From the human T2T-CHM13v2.0 reference genome, Homo sapiens: a stretch of 64,000 nt of DNA. The notes under the pieces were generated by a model. The model saw nothing but the letters and a program-made list of their open reading frames with translations. It was not told the DNA's origin and ran no database searches. The stretch lies in assembly GCF_009914755.1 (NCBI RefSeq), contig NC_060925.1; one strand, 5' to 3'. Numbering within the stretch: the first letter of the stretch is position 1; each line of letters starts with the position of its first letter. This document shows positions 53,601 through 64,000 of this stretch, in pieces. The translations under genes were made by a program, and so were the position numbers.

Positions 53601-56410
53601 TGATGTGTGCGTTCAACTCACAGAGTTTAACCTTTCTTTTCGTAGAGCAGTTAGAAAACACTCTGTTTGTAAAGTCTGCAAGTGGATATTCAGACCTCCT
53701 TGAGGCCTTCGTTGGAAACGGGATTTCTTCATATTCTGCTCTACAGAAGAATTCTCAGTAACTTCCTTGTGTTGTGTGTATTCAACTCACAGAGTTGAAC
53801 GATCCTTTACACAGAGCAGACTTGAAACACTCTTTTTGTGGAATTTGCAAGTGGAGATTTCAGCCGCTTTGAGGTCAATGGTAGAAAAGGAAATATCTTC
53901 GTATAAAGACTAGACAGAATGATTCTCATAAACTCCTTTGTGATGTGTTCGTTCAACTCACAGAGTTTAACTTTTCTTTTCATAGAGCAGTTAGGAAACA
54001 CTCTGTTTGTAAAGTCTGCAAGTGGATATTCAGATCTCTTTGAGGCCTTCGTTGGAAACGGGATTTCTTCATATTATGCTAGACAGAAGAATTCTCAGTA
54101 ACTTCCTTGTGTTGTGTGTATTCAACTCACAGAGTTGAACGATCCTTTACACGGAGCAGACTTGAAACATTCTTTTTGTGGAATTTGCAAGTTGAGATTT
54201 CAGCCGCTTTGAGGTCAATGGTAGAATAGGAAATATCTTCCTATAGAAACTAGACAGAACGATTCTCAGAAACTCCTTTGTGATGTGTGCGTTCAACTCA
54301 CAGAGTTTAACCTTTCTTTTCATAGAGCAGTTAGGAAACACTCTGTTTGTAAAGTCTGCAAGTGGATATTCAGACCTCTTTGAGGCCTTCGTTGGAAACG
54401 GGATTTCTTCATATTCTGCTAGACAGAAGAATTCTCAGTAACTTCCTTGTGTTGTGTGTATTCAACTCACAGAGTTGAACGATCCTTTACACAGAGCAGA
54501 CTTGAAACATTCTTTTTGTGGAATTTGCAAGTGGAGATTTCAGCCGCTTTGAGGTCAATGGTAGAATAGGAAATATCTTCCTATAGAAACTAGACAGAAC
54601 GATTCTCAGAAACTCATTTGTGATGTGTGCGTTCAACTCACAGAGTTTAACCTTTCTTTTTATAGAGCAGTTAGGAAACACTCTGTTTGTAAAGTCTGCA
54701 AATGGATATTCAGACCTCTTTGAGGCCTTCGTTGGAAACGGGATTTCTTCATATTCTGCCAGACAGAAGAATTCTCAGTAACTTCCTTGTGTTGTGTGTA
54801 TTCAACTCACAGAGTTGAATGATCCTTTACACAGAGCAGACTTGAAACACTCTTTTTGTGGAATTTGCAAGTGGAGATTTCAGCCGCTTTGAGGTCAATA
54901 GTAGAAAAGGAAATATCTTCGTAGAAAAACTAGACAGAATGATTCTCAGAAAATCTTTTGTGATGTGTGCGTTCAACTCACAGAGTTTAACTTTTCTTTT
55001 CATAGAGCCGTTAGGAAACACTCTGTTTGTAAAGTCTGCAAGTGGATATGCAGACCTCTTTGAGGCCTTCGTTGGAAACGGGATTTCTTCATATTATGCT
55101 AGACAGAAGAATTCTCAGTAACTTCCTTGTGTTGTGTGTATTCAACTCACAGAATTGAACGATCCTTTACACAGAGCAGACTTGAAACATTCTTTTTGTG
55201 GAATTTGCAAGTGGAGATTTCAGCCTCTTTGAGGTCAATCGTAGAATAGGAAATATCTTCCTATAGAAACTAGACAGAACGATTCTCAGAAACTCCTTTG
55301 TGATGTGTGCGTACAACTCACAGAGTTTAACCTTTCTTTTCATAGAGCAGTTAGGAAACACTCTGTTTGTAAAGTCTGCAAGTGGATATTCAGACCTCTT
55401 TGAGGCCTTCGTTGGAAACGGGATTTCTTCATATTCTGCTAGACAGAAGAATTCTCAGTAACTTCCTTGTGTTGTGTGTATTCAACTCACAGAGTTGTAC
55501 GATCCTTTACACAGAGCAGACTTGAAACACTCTTTTTGTGGAATTTGCAAGTGGAGATTTCAGCCGCTTTGAGGTCAATAGTAGAAAAGGAAATATCTTC
55601 GTAGAAAGACTAGACAGAATGATTCTCAGAAACTCCTTTGTGATGTGTGCGTTCAACTCACAGAGTTTAACCTTTCTTTTCATAGAGCAGTTAGGAAACA
55701 CTCTGTTTGTAAAGTCTGCAAGTGGATATTCAGACCTCTTTGAGGCCTTCGTTGGAAACGGGATTTCTTCATATTCTGCTAGACAGAAGAATTCTCAGTA
55801 ACTTCCTTGTGTTGTGTGTATTCAACTCACAGAGTTGAAAGATCCTTTACAGAGAGCAGGCTTGAAACACTCTTTTTGTCGAATTTGCAAGTGGAGATTT
55901 CAGCCGCTTTGAGGTCAATGGTAGAAAAGTAAATATCTTCGTATAAAGACTAGACAGAATGATTCTCAGAAACTCCTTTGTGATGTGTGCGTTCAACTCA
56001 CAGAGTTTAACCTTTCTGTTCATAGAGCAGTTAGGAAACACTCTGTTTGTAAAGTCTGCAAGTGGATATTCAGACCTCCTTGAGGCCTTCGTTGGAAACG
56101 GGATTTCTTCATATTCTGCTAGACAGAAGAATTCTCAGTAACTTCCTTGTGTTGTGTGTATTCAACTGACAGAGTTGAACTTTCATTTTGAGAGAGCAGA
56201 TTTGAAACACTGTTTTTGTGGAATTTGCAAGTGGAGATTTCAAGCGCTTTTGGGCCAAAGGCAGAAAAGGAAATATCTTCGTATAAAAAGTAGACAGAAT
56301 CATTCTCAGAAACTGCTGCGTGATGTGTGCGTTCAACTCTCAGAGTTTAACTTTTCTTTTCATTCAGCGGTTTGGAAACACTCTGTTTGTAAAGTCTGCA
56401 CGTGGAAATT
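50635..56410 (+). repeat. HOR variants, 12-mer A'GGHEF (2035) and 22-mer ABCGHH(E/B)HE(C/D)F (3741)
   Basis: Landmarks at 50635, 52670 and 56411. Confidence 0.75.
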
Positions 56411-59400
56411 TTGACCACTTAGAGGCCTTCGTTGGAAACGGGTTTTTTTCATGTAAGGCTAGACAGAAGAATTCCCAGTAACTTCCTTGTGTTGTGTGCA
56501 TTCAACTCACAGAGTTGAACGTTCCCTTAGACAGAGCAGATTTGAAACACTCTATTTGTGCAATTTGCAAGTGTAGTTTTCAAGCTCTTTAAGGTCAACG
56601 GCAGAAAAGGAAATATCTTCGTTTCAAAACTAGACAGAATCATTCCCACAAACTGCGTTGTGATGTGTTCGTTCAACTCACAGAGTTTAACCTTTCTGTT
56701 CATAGAGCAGTTAGGAAACACTCTGTTTGTAAAGTCTGCACGTGGAAATTTTGACCACTTAGAGACCTTCGTTGGAAACGGGATTTTTTCATGTAAGGCT
56801 AGACAGAAGAATTCCCAGTAACTTCCTTGTGTTGTGTGCATTCAAATCACAGAGTTAAACGTTCCCTTAGACCGAGCAGATTTGAAACACTCTATTTGTG
56901 CAATTTGCAAGTGTAGTTTTCAAGCTCTTTAAGGTCAACGGCAGAAAAGGAAATATCTTCGTTTCAAAACTAGACAGAATCATTCCCACAAACTGCGTTG
57001 TGATGTGTTCGTTCAACTCACAGAGTTTAACCTTTCTGTTCATAGAGCAGTTAGGAAACACTCTGTGTGTAAAGTCTGCAAGTGGATATTCAGACCTCTT
57101 TGAGGCCTTCGTTGGAAACGGGATTTCTTCATATTCTGCTAGACAGAAGAATTCTCAGTAACTTCCTTGTGTTGTGTGTATTCAACTCACAGAGTTGAAC
57201 GATCCTTTACACAGAGCAGACTTGAAACACTCTTTTTGTGGAATTTGCAAGTGGAGATTTCAGCCGCTTTGAGGTCAATGGTAGAATAGGAAATATCTTC
57301 CTATAGAAACTAGACAGAATGATTCTCAGAAACTCCTTTGTGATGTGTGCGTTCAACTCACAGAGTTTAACCTTTCTTTTCATAGAGCAGTTAGGAAACA
57401 CTCTGTTTGTAAAGTCTGCAAGTGGATATTCAGACCTCTTTGAGGCCTTCGTTGGAAACGGGATTTCTTCATATTCTGCTAGACAGAAGAATTCTCAGTA
57501 ACTTCCTTGTGTTGTGTGTATGCAACTCACAGAGTTGAACGATCCTTTACACAGAGCAGACTTGAAACACTCTTTTTGTGGAATTTGCAATTGGAGATTT
57601 CAGCCGCTTTGAGGTCAATGGTAGAAAAGGAAACTATCTTCATATAAAGACTAGACAGAATGATTCTCAGAAAATCTTTTGTGATGTGTGCGTTCAACTC
57701 ACAGAGTTTAACTTTTCTTCTCATAGAGCAGTTAGGAAACACTCTGTTTGTAAAGTCTGCAAGTGGATATTCAGACCTCTTTGAGGCCTTCGTTGGAAAC
57801 GGGATTTCTTCATATTATGCTAGACAGAATAATTCTCAGTAACTTCCTTGTGTTGTGTGTATTCAACTCACAGAGTTGAAGGATCCTTTACAGAGAGCAG
57901 GCTTGAAACACTCTTTTTGTCGAATTTGCAAGTGGAGATTTCAGCCGCTTTGAGGTCAATGGTAGAATAGGAAATATCTTCTTATAGAAACTAGACAGAA
58001 TGATTCTCATAAACTCCTTTGTGATGTGTGCGTTCAACTCACAGAGTTTAACCTTTCTTTTCATAGAGCAGTTAGGAAACACTCTGTTTGTAAAGTCTGC
58101 AAGTGGATATTCAGACCTCTTTGAGGCCTTCGTTGGAAACGGGATTTCTTCATATTCTGCTAGACAGAAGAATTCTCAGTAACTTCCTTGTGTTGTGTGT
58201 ATTCAACTCACAGAGTTGAACGATCCTTTACACAGAGCAGACTTGAAACACTCTATTTGTAGAATTTGCAAGTGGAGATTTCAGCCGCTTTGAGGTCAAT
58301 AGTAGAAAAGGAAATATCTTCGTAGAAAAACTAGACAGAATGATTCTCAGAAACTCCTTTGTGATGTGTGTGTTCAACTCACAGAGTTTAACCTTTCTTT
58401 TCATAGAGCAGTTAGTAAACACTCTGTTTATAAAGTCTGCAAGTGGATATTCAGACCCCTTTGAGGCCTTCGTTGGAAACGGGATTTCTTCATATTATGC
58501 TAGACAGAAGAATTCTCAGTAACTTCCTTGTGTTGTGTGTATTCAACTGACAGAGTTGAACTTTCATTTAGAGAGAGCAGATTTGAAACACTGTTTTTGT
58601 GGAATTTGCAAGTGGAGATTTCAAGCGCTTTGGGGCCAAAGGCAGAAAAGGAAATATCTTCGTATAAAAACTAGACAGAATCATTCTCAGAAACTGCTGC
58701 GTGATGTGTGCGTTCAACTCTCAGAGTTTAACTTTTCTTTTCATTCAGCGGTTTGGAAACACTCTGTTTGTAAAGTCTGCACGTGGAAATTTTGACCACT
58801 TAGAGGCCTCCGTTGGAAACGGGTTTTTTTCATGTAAGGCTAGACAGAAGAATTCCCAGTAACTTCCTTGTGTTGTGTGCATTCAACTCACAGAGTTGAA
58901 CGTTCCCTTAGACAGAGCAGATTTGAAACACTCTATTTGTGCAATTTGCAAGTGTAGATTTCAAGCGCTTTAAGGTCAATGGCAGAAAAGGAAATATCTT
59001 CGTTTCAAAACTAGACAGAATCATTCCCACAAACTGCGTTGTGATGTGTTCGTTCAACTCACAGAGTTTAACCTTTCTGTTCATAGAGCAGTTAGGAAAC
59101 ACTCTGTTTGTAAAGTCTGTAAGTGGATATTCTGACATCTTGTGGCCTTCGTTGGAAACGGGATTTCTTCATATTCTGCTAGACAGAAGAATTCTCAGTA
59201 ACTTCCTTGTGTTGTGTGTATTCAACTCACAGAGTTGAACGATCCTTTACACAGAGCAGACTTGAAACACTCTTTTTGTGGAATTTGCAAGTGGAGATTT
59301 CAGCCGCTTTGAGGTCAATGGTAGAAAAGGAAACTATCTTCATATAAAGACTAGACAGAATGATTCTCAGAAAATCTTTTGTGATGTGTGCGTTCAACTC

Positions 59401-62400
59401 ACAGAGTTTAACTTTTCTTCTCATAGAGCAGTTAGGAAACACTCTGTTTGTAAATTGTGCAAGTGGATATTCAGACCTCTTTGAGGCCGTCGTTGGAAAC
59501 GGGATTTCTTCATATTATGCTAGACAGAATAATTCTCAGTAACTTCCTTGTGTTGTGTGTATTCAACTCACAGAGTTGAAGGATCCTTTACAGAGAGCAG
59601 GCTTGAAACACTCTTTTTGTCGAATTTGCAAGTGGAGATTTCAGCCGCTTTGAGGTCAATGGTAGAATAGGAAATATCTTCTTATACAAACTAGACAGAA
59701 TGATTCTCATAAACTCCTTTGTGATGTGTGCGTTCAACTCACAGAGTTTAACCTTTCTTTTCATAGAGCAGTTAGGAAACACTCTGTTTGTAAAGTCTGC
59801 AAGTGGATATTCAGACCTACTTGAGGCCTTCGTTGGAAACGGGATTTCTTCATATTCTGCTAGACAGAAGAATTCTCAGTAACTTCCTTGTGTTGTGTTT
59901 ATTCAACTCACAGAGTTGAATGATCCTTTACACAGAGCAGACTTGAAACTCTCTTTTTGTGGAATTTGCAAGTGGAGATTTCAGCCGCTTTGAGGTCAAT
60001 GGTAGAAAAGCAAATATCTTCGTATAAAGACTAGACAGAATGATTCTCAGAAACTCCTTTGTGATGTGTGCGTTCAACTCACAGAGTTTAACCTTTCTGT
60101 TCATAGAGCAGTTAGGAAACACTCTGTTTGTAAAGTCTGCAAGTGGATATTCAGACCTCCTTGAGGCCTTCGTTGGAAACGGGATTTCTTCATATTCTGC
60201 TAGACAGAAGAATTCTCAGTAACTTCCTTGTGTTGTGTGTATTCAACTCACAGAGTTGAACGATCCTTTACACAGAGCAGACTTGAAACACTCTTTTTGT
60301 GGAATTTGCAAGTGGAGATTTCAGCCGCTTTGAGGTCAATGGTAGAATAGGAAATATCTTCTTATACAAACTAGACAGAATGATTCTCATGAACTCCTTT
60401 GTGATGTGTGCGTTCAACTCACAGAGTTTAACCTTTGTTTTCATAGAGCAGTTAGGAAACACTCTGTTTGTAAAGTCTGCAAGTGGATATTCAGACCTCT
60501 TTGAGGCCTTCGTTGGAAACGGGATTTCTTCATATTATGCTAGACAGAAGAATTCTCAGTAACTTCCTTGTGTTGTGTGTATTCAGCTGACAGAGTTGAA
60601 CTTTCATTTAGAGAGAGCAGATTTGAAACACTGTTTTTGTGTAATTTGCAATTGGAGATATCAAGCGCTTTGGGGCCAAACGCAGAAAAGGAAATATCTT
60701 CGTATAAAAACTAGACAGAATCATTCTCAGGAACTGCTGCGTGATGTGTGCGTTCAACTCTCAGAGTTTAACTTTTCTTTTCATTCAGCGGTTTGGAAAC
60801 ACTCTGTTTGTAAAGTCTGCAAGTGGATATTTTGACCACTTAGAGGCCTTCGTTGGAAACGGGTTTTTTTCATGTAAGGCTAGACAGAAGAATTCCCAGT
60901 AACTTCCTTGTGTTGTGTGCATTCAACTCACAGAGTTGAACGTTCCCTTAGACAGAGCAGATTTGAAACACTCTATTTGTGCAATTTGCAAGTGTAGATT
61001 TCAAGCGCTTTAAGGTCAATGGCAGAAAAGGAAATGTCTTCGTTTCAAAACTAGACAGAATCATTCCCACAAACTGCGTTGTGACGTGTTCGTTCAACTC
61101 ACAGAGTTTAACCTTTCTGTTCATAGAGCAGTTAGGAAACACTCTGTTTGTAAAGTCTGTAAGTGGATATTCTGACATCTTGTGGCCTTCGTTGGAAACG
61201 GGATTTCTTCATATTCTGCTAGACAGAAGAATTCTCAGTAACTTCCTTGTGTTGTGTGTATTCAACTCACAGAGTTGAACGATCCTTTACACAGAGCAGA
61301 CTTGAAACACTCTTTTTGTGGAATTTGCAAGTGGAGATTTCAGCCGCTTTGAGGTCAATGGTAGAAAAGGAAACTATCTTCATATAAAGACTAGACACAA
61401 TGATTCTCAGAAAATCTTTTGTGATGTGTGCGTTCAACTCACAGAGTTTAACTTTTCTTCTCATAGAGCAGTTAGGAAACACTCTGTTTGTAAAGTCTGC
61501 AAGTGGATATTCAGACCTCTTTGAGGCCTTCGTTGGAAACGGGATTTCTTCATATTATGCTAGACAGAATAATTCTCAGTAAGTTCCTTGTGTTGTGTGT
61601 ATTCAACTCACAGAGTTGAAGGATCCTTTACAGAGAGCAGACTTGAAACACTCTTTTTGTCGAATTTGCAAGTGGAGATTTCAGCCGCTTTGAGGTCAAT
61701 GGTAGAATAGGAAATATCTTCTTATAGAAACTAGACAGAATGATTCTCATAAACTCCTTTGTGATGTGTGCGTTCAACTCACAGAGTTTAACCTTTCTTT
61801 TCATAGAGCAGTTAGGAAACACTCTGTTTGTAAAGTCTGCAAGTGGATATTCAGACCTCCTTGAGGCCTTCGTTGGAAACGGGATTTCTTCATATTCTGC
61901 TAGACAGAAGAATTCTCAGTAACTTCTTTGTGTTGTGTGTATTCAACTCACAGAGTTGAACGATCCTTTACACAGAGCAGACTTGAAACACTCTATTTGT
62001 AGAATTTGCAAGTGGAGATTTCAGCCGCTTTGAGGTCAATAGTAGAAAAGGAAATATCTTCGTAGAAAAACTAGACAGAATGATTCTCAGAAACTCCTTT
62101 GTGATGTGTGTGTTCAACTCACAGAGTTTAACCTTTCTTTTCATAGAGCAGTTAGTAAACACTCTGTTTATAAAGTCTGCAAGTGGATATTCAGACCCCT
62201 TTGAGGCCTTCGTTGGAAACGGGATTTCTTCATATTATGCTAGACAGAAGAATTCTCAGTAACTTCCTTGTGTTGTGTGTATTCAACTGACAGAGTTGAA
62301 CTTTCATTTAGAGAGAGCAGATTTGAAACACTGTTTTTGTGGAATTTGCAAGTGGAGATTTCAAGCGCTTTGGGGCCAAAGGCAGAAAAGGAAATATCTT

Positions 62401-64000
62401 CGTATAAAAACTAGACAGAATCATTCTCAGAAACTGCTGCGTGATGTGTGCGTTCAACTCTCAGAGTTTAACTTTTCTTTTCATTCAGCGGTTTGGAAAC
62501 ACTCTGTTTGTAAAGTCTGCACGTGGAAATTTTGACCACTTAGAGGCCTTCGTTGGAAACGGGTTTTTTTCATGTAAGGCTAGACAGAAGAATTCCCAGT
62601 AACTTCCTTGTGTTGTGTGCATTCAACTCACAGAGTTGAACGTTCCCTTAGACAGAGCAGATTTGAAACACTCTATTTGTGCAATTTGCAAGTGTAGATT
62701 TCAAGCGCTTTAAGGTCAACGGCAGAAAAGGAAATATCTTCGTTTCAAAACTAGACAGAATCATTCCCACAAACTGCGTTGTGATGTGTTCGTTCAACTC
62801 ACAGAGTTTAACCTTTCTGTTCATAGAGCAGTTAGGAAACACTCTGTTTGTAAAGTCTGTAAGTGGATATTCTGACATCTTGTGGCCTTCGTTGGAAACG
62901 GGATTTCTTCATATTCTGCTAGACAGAAGAATTCTCAGTAACTTCCTTGTGTTGTGTGTATTCAACTCACAGAGTTGAACGATCCTTTACACAGAGCAGA
63001 CTTGAAACACTCTTTTTGTGGAATTTGCAAGTGGAGATTTCAGCCGCTTTGAGGTCAATGGTAGAAAAGGAAACTATCTTCATATAAAGACTAGACAGGA
63101 TGATTCTCAGAAAATCTTTTGTGATGTGTGCGTTCAACTCACAGAGTTTAACTTTTCTTCTCATAGAGCAGTTAGGAAACACTCTGTTTGTAAAGTGTGC
63201 AAGTGGATATTCAGACCTCTTTGCGGCCTTCGTTGGAAACGGGATTTCTTCATATTATGCTAGACAGAATAATTCTCAGTAACTTCCTTGTGTTGTGTGT
63301 ATTCAACTCACAGAGTTGAAGGATCCTTTACAGAGAGCAGGCTTGAAACACTCTTTTTGTGGAATTTGCAAGTGGAGATTTCAGCCGCTTTGAGGTCAAT
63401 GGTAGAATAGGAAATATCTTCTTATAGAAACTAGACAGAATGATTCTCATAAACTCCTTTGTGATGTGTGCGTTCAACTCACAGAGTTTAACCTTTCTTT
63501 TCATAGAGCAGTTAGGAAACACTCTGTTTGTAAAGTCTGCAAGTGGATATTCAGACCTCCTTGAGGCCTTCGTTGGAAACGGGATTTCTTCATATTCTGC
63601 TAGACAGAAGAATTCTCAGTAACTTCCTTGTGTTGTGTTTATTCAACTCACAGAGTTGAAGGATCCTTTACACAGAGCAGACTTGAAACACTCTTTTTGT
63701 GGAATTTGCAAGTGGAGATTTCAGCCGCTTTGAGGTCAATGGTAGAAAAGTAAATATCTTCGTATAAAGACTAGACAGAATGATTCTCAGAAACTCCTTT
63801 GTGATGTGTGCGTTCACCTCACAGAGTTTAACCTTTCTGTTCATAGAGCAGTTAGGAAACACTCTGTTTGTAAAGTCTGCAAGTGGATATTCAGACCTCA
63901 TTGAGGCCTTCGTTGGAAACGGGATTTCTTCATATTCTGCTAGACAGAAGAATTCTCAGTAACTTCCTTGTGTTGTGTGTATTCAACTCACAGAGTTGAA
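56411..64000 (+). repeat. HOR variants, AAHBCEF (2381), ABCDCF (2040), ABCEF (1700) and a partial ABCD
   Basis: Landmarks at 56411, 56751, 58792, 60832 and 62532. Confidence 0.78.

Larger units (their letters stand above)
1..64000 (+). repeat. Alpha-satellite (alphoid) centromeric HOR array, SF1 dimeric type; probably human D1Z7/D5Z2/D19Z3-like
   Basis: Uninterrupted ~170-bp monomers with a 340-bp dimer period (identical ORFs recur at multiples of 340). CENP-B box in every second monomer; EcoRI site in most dimers. Alpha-satellite identity is certain; the chromosome assignment is from recall only (about 0.7). Confidence 0.99.

Noticed and set aside
53517-53642. A>G cluster as an ADAR-editing or retro-copy signature
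   Set aside because: Only four A>G among about ten mixed substitutions; too few to support an RNA intermediate.
117-63962. Hundreds of 60-124 aa ORFs on both strands
   Set aside because: They recur at the 340-bp satellite period, overlap in several frames, often use non-ATG starts, and are made or broken by random SNVs. These are chance translations of alpha satellite, not genes.
1-64000. CRISPR-like array (regular repeats containing a palindrome)
   Set aside because: The intervening sequences are themselves repeated rather than unique spacers, the period is 170/340 bp, and there are no cas genes.
1-64000. Transposon (L1/Alu) insertion or strand inversion within the array
   Set aside because: Dimer register and CENP-B box orientation are continuous throughout. 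I saw no non-alphoid sequence, poly-A tail or target-site duplication.
1-64000. Assignment to one specific chromosome, or to the kinetochore (CENP-A) domain
   Set aside because: The candidate array is shared by chromosomes 1, 5 and 19, and kinetochore position is epigenetic. Mapping and chromatin data are required.

Overview
The whole 64-kb window is primate, almost certainly human, centromeric alpha-satellite DNA. It is a head-to-tail array of ~170-bp monomers in one orientation, organised as ~340-bp dimers (about 188). Each dimer has one CENP-B box (CTTCGTTGGAAACGGGA) and one A-box/pJalpha-type monomer, the suprachromosomal family 1 layout. From recall it best resembles the chr1/5/19 D1Z7/D5Z2/D19Z3 array; this was not verified by search. 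I see no genes, RNA genes, CRISPR array, transposon insertion or inversion. The ORF track is an artefact of the repeat, though useful as a barcode. Eight dimer types can be told apart: A (GTTCCCTTAG..CCCACAAACTGCG, 339 bp), B (GGAAACTATC, 341 bp), C (GTCGAATT..AATAGG..CTTATAGAAAC), D (AAAAGTAAAT), E (CAATAGTAG..TTAGTAAAC), F (ACTGACAG..GGGGCCAAAGG), G (near consensus) and H (CCTATAGAAAC). The basic higher-order repeat (HOR) is ABCDEF, 2040 bp, but most units are structural variants of 8-26 monomers. The interest lies in the readable history of the array. It includes a 4.76-kb super-HOR, nested 3.39-kb and 6.11-kb duplications, and long-range 16.3-kb and 18.7-kb paralogies. It also shows hybrid dimers, an amplified dead CENP-B box, and a homogeneous-to-diverged transition near 23 kb. 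I found no evidence of a new protein-coding system. All comparisons were made by eye, so SNV lists are minimum counts.
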